A stretch of 29,310 bases of DNA from a virus (taxonomy: Duplodnaviria > Caudoviricetes). Numbering within the stretch: the stretch's first letter is position 1; the number at the start of each line of letters is the position of its first letter. Below are positions 7,280 through 16,270 of this stretch, piece by piece. A model generated the notes under the pieces. The model was not told the origin of the DNA. It saw only the letters and a list, made by a program, of their open reading frames with translations, and did not search any database. Both the position numbers and the translations under genes were made by a program. The stretch covers positions 1 through 29,310 of IMG/VR virus record IMGVR_UViG_3300011337_000244; one strand, given 5' to 3'.

Positions 7280-8434
7280 ATGGCAGGCATTACTACTTCA
7301 ACCACGCTAACCAGTCAGTTCCAGAACTTCTTCAGCAAGGAGCTGCTCTCGATCGTCCAACAGGAGACGATTCTTGATCAGTTCTCTATGAAGGCTCCGA
7401 TCCCTAAGAACAATGGTAACAAGGCCATCACGATGTTCCGCTTCGGTGCGCCGAGCGTCGCTGGTGTCCAGACCATCAGTTCTGAAGGTACTCCTATCAG
7501 CTCCGGTAACTACCGTTCTCTGGTTCTGAACAGCCTCAGCAAGAGCCTCGCTCAATACGGTCAGGTGATCGGTTTGACCGACATCCTCCGCGCTACGGAC
7601 CTGTTCAACTCGCTCCAGCAGGCCACCAAGACTTCCGGTCTGGACATGGCCCTCTGGGTTGACTCGGTCATTCGTAACACCCTGATCGGATCTAACCTCA
7701 CTGCGAGCGGTTCTTCTATCGGTTCCGCCGCTGAAGGTGCTGGTACGTTCGATAACTCGGATGCTTGTAACACTGTTGCAAGTTCCGGTGGTATCAAGGT
7801 GTACGGTAACCCCGCTACGCTGACCACTCAGACGTTCTCTGCGTTGAACAGCGATACGACTGCCGCTAACACCACGATGACCGCTTCGGCTGTCCTGGAT
7901 TCAATGACCCGCCTGAAGCGTAACCGCGCTCCGATGATCAATGGCGGCTACGTCCTTGCGACTGATCCTCGTGTTACCCGTGATTTGATGCGCGATACCG
8001 ATTGGTTGAACGCCTCCAACTACGGCAACAAGGGTACCCCGTTCTACAAGGGCGAGGTGGGTTCCATCTACGGTTGCCGCGTTGTCACCCAGACCAACTC
8101 GTTTGTCAGCACCGGCTCCGGTACTGCGGCTGACGAGTTCATCTATCAGGCCACTGCCGCGGGTGGCGGTCTGGCGGTCAGCAAGGACATCATCGCCTCG
8201 TTCTTCTTTGGTAACGAGTCCTTTGGTATCCCTGCCTTGACCGGTGATGATCCGTTGTCCCCGAAGATTGTGATCACCGATACCCCCGACAAGAGCGATC
8301 CGTTGAACCAGCTCGTCACCGTTGGTGTGAAGCTGTACTTCGCCGCTCTGCGATTGGCCGCTGGTAACACTGGTTCCACTGCCAATCCTACTTGGTACCT
8401 GGTGCATCGTACTAAGACCTCTACCACGCTGTAA
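7280..8434 (+). CDS. Major capsid protein, N4-gp56-like
   Basis: PIPKNNG.K.I..FRF, QYGQVIGLTD, YKGEVGSIYGCRVV and DKSDPLNQ..TVGVK motifs; strongly biased codon use. Confidence 0.92.
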   Translation: MAGITTSTTLTSQFQNFFSKELLSIVQQETILDQFSMKAPIPKNNGNKAITMFRFGAPSVAGVQTISSEGTPISSGNYRSLVLNSLSKSLAQYGQVIGLTDILRATDLFNSLQQATKTSGLDMALWVDSVIRNTLIGSNLTASGSSIGSAAEGAGTFDNSDACNTVASSGGIKVYGNPATLTTQTFSALNSDTTAANTTMTASAVLDSMTRLKRNRAPMINGGYVLATDPRVTRDLMRDTDWLNASNYGNKGTPFYKGEVGSIYGCRVVTQTNSFVSTGSGTAADEFIYQATAAGGGLAVSKDIIASFFFGNESFGIPALTGDDPLSPKIVITDTPDKSDPLNQLVTVGVKLYFAALRLAAGNTGSTANPTWYLVHRTKTSTTL

Positions 8435-8435
8435 T

Positions 8436-8822
8436 ATGCGACCCAAGACGGCCACCATCATGGTGATTGCCGTCAGCCCAAAGGGGCATCATCGAGCAAT
8501 CGGTGGTGCCCCTTCTCATTCCGCTTGCGGATGTGAGGAAGCTGACAACAATGCGCCAATGATTGCGATTCCAGTCGAGGCTCTTTCCACTGATACGGAA
8601 GATGGCCAACAGGCTTCTCCCGAGGTTGGTGATGAAGTGGTCCTACAGGAAGTTCGGGGCGTTCTCAAGAAGCTCGAAAATGGTGAGGCTTACGTTGAGA
8701 TCAAAAGCGTGAACGGCATGCCCGCTGAGTACGAAGAAAAGAGCATGGACAAGGAAGGCCCCATGGACGAAGAAGGTATGCGTAACATGGTTGCCGAGTA
8801 CGACAGCGAAATGGAGTCCTAA
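8436..8822 (+). CDS. Acidic hypothetical protein
   Basis: 128 aa, begins after a 1-nt gap behind the capsid stop; PEVGDEV...G.L small beta-domain-like core. Confidence 0.75.
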   Translation: MRPKTATIMVIAVSPKGHHRAIGGAPSHSACGCEEADNNAPMIAIPVEALSTDTEDGQQASPEVGDEVVLQEVRGVLKKLENGEAYVEIKSVNGMPAEYEEKSMDKEGPMDEEGMRNMVAEYDSEMES

Positions 8823-8823
8823 C

Positions 8824-9078
8824 ATGCCCATCTACACCTTCGAGAACAAAGGCAAGTCCGTGGAGCAAATCGCTCCAATGGGAACCGATTCTCTTGTTAT
8901 CAAGGGTGAACGCTGGACGAGACAGCCGGTAGCCCGCTTCGGGGTTACCGGTTTCGCTCGCGAAGCCGAACTCAAGGACAAGGTAAAGCAGGGCTTTAGC
9001 CGGATGGAAGACCGGCAGGGAACCCGCTTTGAAAGCACTTTCAGCAAGAATCAAATTCGCAAGATCTGGGACATATGA
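8824..9078 (+). CDS. FmdB-like small protein lacking the zinc-ribbon cysteines
   Basis: Starts MPIYTFEN (ATG 8824), resembling the MP.Y.Y start of FmdB-type phage proteins; contains no Cys. Confidence 0.65.
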   Translation: MPIYTFENKGKSVEQIAPMGTDSLVIKGERWTRQPVARFGVTGFAREAELKDKVKQGFSRMEDRQGTRFESTFSKNQIRKIWDI

Positions 9079-9341
9079 GCGCAAATTCTAACCTGGCAAT
9101 GGAGTATTCGATGGGCGTTGGCGGTGGCCGACTGGTGCAAGACACTTCTGCCTACACCGGCAACTTTGTTGCACTCACGTTCTTGGCACCCACCGTTATC
9201 TCCAGCATCTCTGGGGCGAACATTCTGGGCACGTTCTCAACCTTTACGTTCCCTGCTGGCGTCGTTATTCAGGTTCCTATAACCGGCTTCCAGCTTTCGA
9301 GCGGTGCGGTGTGGGCAACCAACGGAGTGATCCAATCTTAA
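9075..9341 (+). CDS. Small beta-rich virion protein (putative)
   Basis: 88 aa; TFPAGVVI...ITGFQLSSGAV pattern; ATGA overlap with the previous gene. Confidence 0.7.
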   Translation: MSANSNLAMEYSMGVGGGRLVQDTSAYTGNFVALTFLAPTVISSISGANILGTFSTFTFPAGVVIQVPITGFQLSSGAVWATNGVIQS

Positions 9342-9345
9342 AACT

Positions 9346-9582
9346 GTGACTCTCGCTCTCGGAACACGATTGACCTCGACCGGTGGCGGAAGCGTCATCC
9401 CGGTTGATCCGCCGATCATGCGCCGGGATCTTCTTCAGGAAGACGAGTTCTTCGTCTTACAAGAGGATGGCACTGGAAAGATCGTGTTGTCTTTTGGCAC
9501 CTACGATCGAATGGCTACTGAGCAGGGCACAGATCTCATTTTAACCGAAGCATCCGACAAATTCATTCTAACCGTTTACTGA
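9346..9582 (+). CDS. Small virion protein with repeated L-x-[QT]-E motifs
   Basis: GTG start; LLQEDEFFVLQEDG and MATEQGTDLILTEASD; abuts the tail fibre gene. Confidence 0.7.
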   Translation: MTLALGTRLTSTGGGSVIPVDPPIMRRDLLQEDEFFVLQEDGTGKIVLSFGTYDRMATEQGTDLILTEASDKFILTVY

Positions 9583-9583
9583 T

Positions 9584-10729
9584 ATGGCAGACACAAAGAT
9601 TACAGCACTGACGGCGTTGACCGCCGCTGATCCGGCTAATGACGTTATCCCTATCGTTGATGTCAGCGATACCTCGATGGCGGCAAGTGGCACCACGAAG
9701 AAGATCAGCGTAAACAACATCCTCGGAGCATCCGGCACCGCCACCCTCGCCTCCGCCACCATCACCGGCGCGGCTACGGTGGGGACGACGCTGGGTGTGA
9801 CGGGTGTTTCGACGTTGGCATCCGCTGTTGTTACCGGCGCACTGACGGTGGACACCGCGACGCTGGTGGTTGATCCGACGAATGATCGTGTTGGTATTGG
9901 GACGACTACGCCTGCTTACAAGTTGGAAGTGGTTGCGCCAGCAGGCAATAACATTGTCAGCACATTTAGATCAGGCGATGCAACTGCGGCAAACAATGCA
10001 GGAGGCGGTTTCCAATCAATCTCAAATGCAACGGCTGCCAGCCGAGTTGCTCGGGTTTGGCTTGATGCTGACGGAGCTGATTTAAGCAGCGGTGATTACT
10101 TTTTTATCCAAAAGAACGGCAACAGCGGAACGGTTGAATTTAACCAATCTTCCAACGCCGCGATGACGTTTCTGACCAACGCCACCGAACGAGCTAGGAT
10201 CGATGCGACTGGCAGTTTGCTGGTGGGTGCAACAACATTATCAGCTAATGAGATACTGCGTGCAAATAGTATAAATGCAGCCCAATGGGCTGTCACAATG
10301 ACAAGCGTTGACCGAGGATGGTTGAATCGCCAAAGCTCTGCTATCGGAGGAATTGCCGCATTTTTCGAGGTGGGTTCTAGTAGTACTAATGTTGGTTCGA
10401 TTACAACGACTGCATCGGCAACCGCTTACGTCACCGTTTCCGACTATCGTTTGAAAGAAAATGTTCAACCGCTCGTTGGTGGTTTGGCTCGTATTTCCGC
10501 TCTTAAGCCGTCGATCTACAAGTGGAAGGTTGACGGTTCCGATGGCGAAGGATTCATCGCCCATGAATTGGCCGACATCGTTCCTGCCGCTGTCACTGGC
10601 AAAAAGGATGACGTAAACGCAGACGGAACAGTCAAAGCTCAGGGAGTCGATCTGTCTAAGGTCGTCCCCATCTTGGTTGCCGCAATCCAAGAACTCACCG
10701 CTGAAGTCAACGCTCTGAAGAACGCCTAA
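9584..10729 (+). CDS. Tail fibre/spike with C-terminal intramolecular chaperone (Peptidase S74-like)
   Basis: N-terminal MADTKITALT...PIVDVS...TKKI anchor, VGIGTTTP repeat, C-terminal SDYRLKENV...GFIAHEL...P.AV...LVAAIQEL coiled coil. Confidence 0.9.
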   Translation: MADTKITALTALTAADPANDVIPIVDVSDTSMAASGTTKKISVNNILGASGTATLASATITGAATVGTTLGVTGVSTLASAVVTGALTVDTATLVVDPTNDRVGIGTTTPAYKLEVVAPAGNNIVSTFRSGDATAANNAGGGFQSISNATAASRVARVWLDADGADLSSGDYFFIQKNGNSGTVEFNQSSNAAMTFLTNATERARIDATGSLLVGATTLSANEILRANSINAAQWAVTMTSVDRGWLNRQSSAIGGIAAFFEVGSSSTNVGSITTTASATAYVTVSDYRLKENVQPLVGGLARISALKPSIYKWKVDGSDGEGFIAHELADIVPAAVTGKKDDVNADGTVKAQGVDLSKVVPILVAAIQELTAEVNALKNA

Positions 10730-10733
10730 TAAT

Positions 10734-11117
10734 ATGACCATCATCTGGATCATCGAACGCCTTCTCGTTAAGCCCACAGAAGGCTCACTCACCGATGTCG
10801 TGATTACCGCCGATTGGCGATGCAACGGCACTCAGGATCAATACAGCGGCACTTGCTACGGCTCATGCTCGTTTGCACCTCCGAGTGGTTCGTTCACGCC
10901 TTACGAAGACCTGACGCAGGAACAAGTGCTGGACTGGTGCTACGAGAACGGCGTGGACAAGACCGCCATCGAAGCGAACGTGACGCTCCAGATCCAGAAT
11001 CAGATCAACCCGCCCGTGGTGGTGTTGCCGCTGCCGTGGGTGCCGCCCATCGTCGAGCAGAAGGTGCCAGTTTTGGTTGCGGAGCCGGCCATCGTTGTTG
11101 AGACTCCCGCCGCATGA
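10734..11117 (+). CDS. Tail-fibre-associated protein
   Basis: W.I..L...DVV....W and FTPYEDLTQEQVLDW...PLPW patterns typical of proteins that follow S74-type fibres. Confidence 0.75.
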   Translation: MTIIWIIERLLVKPTEGSLTDVVITADWRCNGTQDQYSGTCYGSCSFAPPSGSFTPYEDLTQEQVLDWCYENGVDKTAIEANVTLQIQNQINPPVVVLPLPWVPPIVEQKVPVLVAEPAIVVETPAA

Positions 11118-11263
11118 TCAAGATCGAACTCACTCAGGAGCAAACCAATAGCCTCCTGCAACTCATCGACATTGCCATCAAGGCCGGTGGCTACCAGAAC
11201 GCCAAGGTGGGCGTTCCTTTGGCCGACATCATCCTCGCAGCCGCACAGCCTAAATCCGAGTAA
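11114..11263 (+). CDS. Small hypothetical protein (49 aa)
   Basis: Hand translation MIKIELTQEQTNSLLQLIDIAIKAGGYQNAKVGVPLADIILAAAQPKSE*; ATGA overlap upstream, TAATG overlap downstream. Confidence 0.75.
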   Translation: MIKIELTQEQTNSLLQLIDIAIKAGGYQNAKVGVPLADIILAAAQPKSE

Positions 11264-11433
11264 TGGAACCAACGAACAGCAGCACTAGCCCCGGCCTAAG
11301 CCTAGCCGCAGCAGCAGGGGCTACTGCTGTTTCGTTTATCCCAGCCCTCACCGACTGGGTAAGGCTTATCACCGCGCTAATTGGCTTAGTTTGCGCCATC
11401 TACGGTGCCTACCGACTCTTCCGCTACAAATGA
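11263..11433 (+). CDS. Small membrane protein, holin/antiholin-like (56 aa)
   Basis: MEPTNSSTSPGLSLAAAAGATAVSFIPALTDWVRLITALIGLVCAIYGAYRLFRYK*: hydrophobic helices with a basic C-terminus; start/stop overlaps on both sides. Confidence 0.65.
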   Translation: MEPTNSSTSPGLSLAAAAGATAVSFIPALTDWVRLITALIGLVCAIYGAYRLFRYK

Positions 11434-11621
11434 AAAACACGAAAACAACTCTCGCCGGTATCGGTGCCATCCTCGTCGCTGTTGGTGGGGCTCTTAAAGC
11501 CCTGTTCGACGGTGACCCCAGCACTAATCTGGACATCACCACGACTATTGCAGCGGTGACCGCTGGCATCGGTTTGATCTGGGCTAAGGATGCCAAGGAA
11601 GTCGAAGCTCCGAAGCCGTGA
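11430..11621 (+). CDS. Holin-like protein with two TM helices (63 aa)
   Basis: MKNTKTTLAGIGAILVAVGG...AVTAGIGLIWAKD; KN.KTT...GL..AKD pattern. Confidence 0.7.
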   Translation: MKNTKTTLAGIGAILVAVGGALKALFDGDPSTNLDITTTIAAVTAGIGLIWAKDAKEVEAPKP

Positions 11622-11791
11622 ACTGGGTCTACCAGATCCTTAAGGCTCTGCTCGACTGGTTCCGTGAAACACCACCCACCGATGTGCAACACAGCAAAGC
11701 ACCTGATGATCTCAAGGACGATCTGGCTGGCCGTGTTGCCGATCTTCCTGGGTTGCCAGATGACCAAGGTGGTCCTCGTTCCAAGCGGTGA
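11618..11791 (+). CDS. Small protein, possible i-spanin-like partner (57 aa)
   Basis: GTG overlaps the holin TGA; (M)NWVYQILKALLDWFRETPPTD...PRSKR*; amphipathic N-terminus; overlaps the lipoprotein gene in another frame. Confidence 0.5.
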   Translation: MNWVYQILKALLDWFRETPPTDVQHSKAPDDLKDDLAGRVADLPGLPDDQGGPRSKR

Positions 11792-11912
11792 TCCGGTGAT
11801 GTTGGCCAAGCCGGTGAAGGCCAGCGTCTACGGATTCGATTCAAACAAGAAGCTGGTGGGGCCGTCCACCGTCACTCTGCCGGCTGGTTGGTACGTTTTA
11901 CCGAAGAACTGA
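11706..11912 (+). CDS. Lipoprotein, o-spanin-like (68 aa)
   Basis: MISRTIWLAVLPIFLGC: signal peptide with FLGC lipobox; Pro-containing mature part. Confidence 0.6.
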   Translation: MISRTIWLAVLPIFLGCQMTKVVLVPSGDPVMLAKPVKASVYGFDSNKKLVGPSTVTLPAGWYVLPKN

Positions 11913-11913
11913 T

Positions 11914-13188
11914 ATGGCAACACCACTTACAGGAAGTAGCGTCGCATCGACTTACACTGGCCTACTTAAGATCACCGACAATTCCACCGTAAACGCATCG
12001 CTCAAAGCCATCAGCGACGGCAGCGGCAATGACTCCGCACTCCAGATCTCTAACGCCGCAGTCAATACGACCGGAGACTTCAGCGTAGCCACTAACAAGC
12101 TCACAGTAGCCTCTGCAAGCGGCAACACGGCTGTTGCGGGCACTCTTAATGTGACCGGGGCTACCAGCCTCTCAAGCCTTGCTACGAGCGGTGCAGCGAC
12201 CATAGGCGGTGCGCTCAATGTCACCGGAGCTACTACGCTCACCGGCAACCTCACGGTCCCAGGAAACCTTGCAGTCACTGGAACCTCCACTCTAACCGGT
12301 GCCACCGCCGTCACAGGAACCCTCGGGGTCGCTGGAGCAAGCACCTTGGCAAGCGTTGGAGTCACTGGAGCCGCTACTGTCGGTACCACGTTGGGAGTCA
12401 CCGGAGCCACTACGTTGGCCAGTGTTGGAGTCACGGGTGCTGCCACGGTTGGAACGACCCTCGGGGTAACCGGCAATGCCACACTGGCGGCAAACCTGAC
12501 TGTTAACGGGGACACTACACTTGGAAGCGCACCGGCAGATCTTGTATCCATTCTTTCAGATCAGATCACAATTCCAAATATTCTCACTGCTTCAATTGAT
12601 CTTGCAGCCGATAAGGTGCTGATCACCGATGCAAACGATTCCAGCAAAGTTAAGGTTGTTACTGCGAGTTCGTTGGGGATAAGTGCTACAACCGCTCCGC
12701 AAGTAAAACAGACACTGTACCAAGACTCCACCGCTGGAGCGAGTCCGTTCGTTGCCACAAGTGCTGGATCAGGAACCGAGATCACGGTACTTACCACTTC
12801 AATCACTCCAAGGTCTATAGGTTCAACGGTGTTGGTTTCTATAGCCGTAAATTACTCAGGAACAAATATCAATTACGGAGCATTCAGGATAACTCGCAAT
12901 GGAACAGAGATTGGATCAAATAACATTGGGTCCAGTTTGTACGGTATTGCTCCTTTTACAGGAATTGGTCCTTACAGTTCCGAATTCTTCAATAGCCAGT
13001 TCATTCAGATTCTTGATTCACCCGCATCCGCATCCGCTGTTACTTACAAGATTCACTTGTACGCAACTGGAGCTACGTTCCCGTCAATGTGGGTTAACAA
13101 GACGTACCAAGATGTTCTAAGTGGAACAAACTCATCTTCCGCAGCCCGAGTCAGTTCCTCAATGATCTTGCAAGAATACTTCGCATGA
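11914..13188 (+). CDS. Second tail fibre / fibrous virion protein
   Basis: Long G/A/T/V-rich beta-repeat shaft (L.VTGATTL) and a C-terminal domain ITP.S..S.VLV...RNGT.I...D.P....VTYK like fibre tip domains. Confidence 0.8.
   Translation: MATPLTGSSVASTYTGLLKITDNSTVNASLKAISDGSGNDSALQISNAAVNTTGDFSVATNKLTVASASGNTAVAGTLNVTGATSLSSLATSGAATIGGALNVTGATTLTGNLTVPGNLAVTGTSTLTGATAVTGTLGVAGASTLASVGVTGAATVGTTLGVTGATTLASVGVTGAATVGTTLGVTGNATLAANLTVNGDTTLGSAPADLVSILSDQITIPNILTASIDLAADKVLITDANDSSKVKVVTASSLGISATTAPQVKQTLYQDSTAGASPFVATSAGSGTEITVLTTSITPRSIGSTVLVSIAVNYSGTNINYGAFRITRNGTEIGSNNIGSSLYGIAPFTGIGPYSSEFFNSQFIQILDSPASASAVTYKIHLYATGATFPSMWVNKTYQDVLSGTNSSSAARVSSSMILQEYFA
12346..12474 (+). repeat. Tandem 23-codon repeat within the fibre gene
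   Basis: LASVGVTGAATVGTTLGVTG occurs twice with a 69-nt period and many synonymous differences. Confidence 0.85.
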
Positions 13189-13946
13189 AACCATCAGAAG
13201 CGGCTCAGGCGGCTTGCGATAAGCTGTCGTTCACAGACTCGGCCACCATCGCGTTGGCCAAGAAGTTCTGTATCCGCCGCTACTCGATGATCTGGGATTC
13301 GTGCCTGTGGAACGATACCCTCGGCGTGATCTCACATCCAGTCACCGCTGGAGATGAACTTGTCACGCTCTCGGACTACGTCACTTCCGCCTACGCTTCA
13401 GGTACCGGTTACAATACCTTCCTCGATTTCCCCGTAGCCATCCGCTTCACCGTCACCGGAGATACCGATGGTATTGAGATCCCCGCCGCGGAATGGGTCT
13501 CATTCTTCCAGCTCGATCCCAACACCTGGAACAACGTCGATAGCCGCAAGTCCACTCCTGGCAACTTCGTTAACTGGACTCGGCTCATTGGTGGAGCCTA
13601 CGGAGAAGCCGGTGTTCCGCGCCTCAAGCTCGTTCCTACGCCCAATGCAGATGGCACCCTGTTCATCCTCGGTAAGAAACAGTCCCAGATGCGGCAGTTC
13701 GGTGAGGCTGTCACCATCTCCAACGATACCAACTTCGAGCTACGAGGCGTAGAGAACGCACTGATGGCCTACACTGAAGGCGATCTCCTCGAATACTCCC
13801 GTCAGTACGGCAAAGCCCAAGCCAAGTTCCAAGAGGGAGCCGCTCAAGTCTCCGTCATGAAGGACATGGAACGAGGCCAACAACAGCAGATTAGCCGCAT
13901 CATTCCTGATAGCTTGTACGATTACACATTCCAAGACATCCTGTAG
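13185..13946 (+). CDS. Head-tail adaptor (tail tubular protein A / P22 gp4-like)
   Basis: 253 aa directly before the nozzle gene; helical termini with L.P.P beta core (LKLVPTPNADGTL). Confidence 0.7.
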   Translation: MKPSEAAQAACDKLSFTDSATIALAKKFCIRRYSMIWDSCLWNDTLGVISHPVTAGDELVTLSDYVTSAYASGTGYNTFLDFPVAIRFTVTGDTDGIEIPAAEWVSFFQLDPNTWNNVDSRKSTPGNFVNWTRLIGGAYGEAGVPRLKLVPTPNADGTLFILGKKQSQMRQFGEAVTISNDTNFELRGVENALMAYTEGDLLEYSRQYGKAQAKFQEGAAQVSVMKDMERGQQQQISRIIPDSLYDYTFQDIL

Positions 13947-13952
13947 TCCGCC

Positions 13953-15911
13953 ATGCCATTCCAATCCTCAGATGCTCTCGATGACCAGATGCTTCTGGAT
14001 GGAAGCACTGGGTTTTCGACCGGCGTAATCTCAGCCACTCGTCCTGATGGCATCCCTGCGACCAGCATGGAATCGGCCATCAACATGGACTATGACGATT
14101 TCGGGAACATCGTCACCCGTCTCGGAACCGTTTCACTGGCAGGCAACAGCATCACGGCCAATTGGGAAGACATCATCACGAATTGGGAGTCAACGACTTC
14201 CAACTACGGAAGCAATCTCCCAATCAATGCCACGGTATTGTCCGGTTTCTACTTCGATACAGCCGCATCTGAACGCCTCGTCATCGCTGTTAATGACCTT
14301 AGCACCTCCACCAAGAGCCTTTACTACGGGTCACCCGGCGTTTCCTACAACCTGATTTCAGGATCAACGCTCAACGCTTCCGCTTCCTACGTCTATTTTG
14401 CTCAATTAAATGACAAATTGTTTTATTCGGACGGTTTAGGAACGCTTAAATACGTCTCCAGCGCGAACCTCGACAGCTCCACCACAGCCGGCAAGATCAG
14501 CCGCATCGACGTCATCAATCAGGGGTCGAACCTGTCATCAGTTCCCACGGTAACCATTGCCGCTCCTCCTAGCGGTGTAACGGCCACTGCAACCGCTGTT
14601 GTCGCCAACGATGGCAACCTTGTTTTCGTAACGATTACCAATCCCGGCAGTGGCTACACGACCGCTCCCTCCGTAAGCATTAGTGGCGGTGGTGGTTCCC
14701 ACGCAGTAGCCTTTGTATCGCTCACGCCTCCTGCCAAGCCGATCTTTCTAACCACCCACACCAATCGGTTGTGGGCTGTTTCCGCGGATACCTCGATCCA
14801 GCCCGATACCCTCTACTTCTCGGATATCCTCGATGGCGAATCCTGGGATCCTCTCGGCTCCATCCGAATCGGTGGCGATGGAGATCCCATCAAGGGACTC
14901 TACTCTTGGTTCGGCTATCAACTCATCGTGTTCAAGGAACGCTCTATTTGGAGCGTAAATGCCGATCCTACGCAGGATGCTGCCGATTGGCCCATATCAC
15001 TCATCAGCGGTAATATCGGCTGCTCATCGCACCGCTCAATCGCCGCGGTTGGTCCCGATGTATTCTTCTTCTCCCGCGACGGCATCCGCTCCCTCCAGCA
15101 AATCCAAGCCGGTACCCAGACCAGCGTAGGTCTCGCGCTCTCCAGCCCGATCAATGACCTCATCAGCAGGATCAACAAGACTAAGCTCGATCTCTGCGAC
15201 GGTGTATTCTGGAACAACCGCTATCTATTGGCCGTTCCGTTCGTCACCGAGGAGCCAGCGATCGTTGGACTCGAAAGCGAGTACGCGCTACTGACCGAGA
15301 ACAGCGTCGAGATTGCGCTCGAAGGCGCACTCAACGAGAACAACGCGGTCATCGTCTACCATTCACTGGCCCGCTCGTGGCTTGGATACTGGGACAACTG
15401 GATCGTCAACGACTTCATCCCAACCTCGTTTGGTACATTTGGACCCGTCCTCATGTTTGCCGGCGACATCGTCTCGGTGTCAGCGGGAGCAGGCCAGGTC
15501 TGGTCCTTCAACGATTACCTCCCGAACACCCGGCTTGATCCCGTCTCAAGCTCCGCATACACCGATGGCGGTGCGGATTATCAATCCACGGTGATCACCA
15601 AGGCTTACAACCTCAGCGAACCTATCCCCGACAAGATCGGGTACAGCGTTCAGTTCGCCTTCGATAATCCGTACACCACCGCAACCACGACCGCCGCAGT
15701 GTCGTTGGCCAAGGATATGTCGGACACGTTCGTAACTCTCGACTCCGCGCTGGCGATCACCTCAAGCCAGAAGTTCCTGAAGGCTTACAACCTCATCAGC
15801 CAAGGTCGCTGGAATACTTTGCAATTCAAGGTAACCGCAGACGCTGGTCGCTTGTCTCTGCAATCCACCATTCTCTCTGGCTTCGTAGACTCGGTGCGCC
15901 CTCAACAATGA
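13953..15911 (+). CDS. Tail nozzle / DNA stabilisation protein (tail tubular B / P22 gp10-like)
   Basis: Beta-propeller signatures NMDYD..G...TR.G, THTNRLW, LYFSD, LIVFKERSIW, IGC.S..SI, VFFFSRDGIRSL. Confidence 0.85.
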   Translation: MPFQSSDALDDQMLLDGSTGFSTGVISATRPDGIPATSMESAINMDYDDFGNIVTRLGTVSLAGNSITANWEDIITNWESTTSNYGSNLPINATVLSGFYFDTAASERLVIAVNDLSTSTKSLYYGSPGVSYNLISGSTLNASASYVYFAQLNDKLFYSDGLGTLKYVSSANLDSSTTAGKISRIDVINQGSNLSSVPTVTIAAPPSGVTATATAVVANDGNLVFVTITNPGSGYTTAPSVSISGGGGSHAVAFVSLTPPAKPIFLTTHTNRLWAVSADTSIQPDTLYFSDILDGESWDPLGSIRIGGDGDPIKGLYSWFGYQLIVFKERSIWSVNADPTQDAADWPISLISGNIGCSSHRSIAAVGPDVFFFSRDGIRSLQQIQAGTQTSVGLALSSPINDLISRINKTKLDLCDGVFWNNRYLLAVPFVTEEPAIVGLESEYALLTENSVEIALEGALNENNAVIVYHSLARSWLGYWDNWIVNDFIPTSFGTFGPVLMFAGDIVSVSAGAGQVWSFNDYLPNTRLDPVSSSAYTDGGADYQSTVITKAYNLSEPIPDKIGYSVQFAFDNPYTTATTTAAVSLAKDMSDTFVTLDSALAITSSQKFLKAYNLISQGRWNTLQFKVTADAGRLSLQSTILSGFVDSVRPQQ

Positions 15912-16270
15912 ACGCATTCCCAAGAGTACGACTGATACAAACGCTTGAGCAGGAAACCGAAGCTCTTCAAGCTGCACGGGCAAACAACGACTCGATCATT
16001 CATCCAACCCATGTGGTTGAAAGAAACGGCGAGATCATTGGCGCGTCATCTTTTGGAAGAATTCCAGTCTTGTTGCTTTGGAATCACACCGAAAAGGTTT
16101 CTGCCAGAGATAGCATGCACCTCAAACGAGTTTATGACTCTATAATGGAGACAAAAGGGTTTCCTAAGTATTTCATAGCTTGTAATGAGAATAGTCCATA
16201 CAACTCATATATGAAGAGATTTGGCTATAAACCTATTTGGAAAACCGAGATTTTTGAAGGAGGAGTATGA
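15908..16270 (+). CDS. GNAT-fold-like small protein (P22 gp14 / T7 gp13 position)
   Basis: 120 aa between nozzle and ejection genes; VVERNGEIIGA and N..Y..YMKRFGYK patterns typical of acetyltransferase folds. Confidence 0.6.
   Translation: MNAFPRVRLIQTLEQETEALQAARANNDSIIHPTHVVERNGEIIGASSFGRIPVLLLWNHTEKVSARDSMHLKRVYDSIMETKGFPKYFIACNENSPYNSYMKRFGYKPIWKTEIFEGGV

Noticed and set aside
8420-8440. Frameshift or read-through extension of the capsid protein
   Set aside because: No slippery sequence seen; the next gene has its own ATG in the same stop-N-ATG layout used elsewhere.
11952-12551. 199-aa antisense ORF with repeats
   Set aside because: Mirror of the repetitive G/A/T/V fibre codons, which rarely give antisense stops.
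9584-13188. Diversity-generating retroelement or invertible fibre cassette
   Set aside because: No reverse transcriptase or invertase; repeat differences are synonymous and not adenine-specific.
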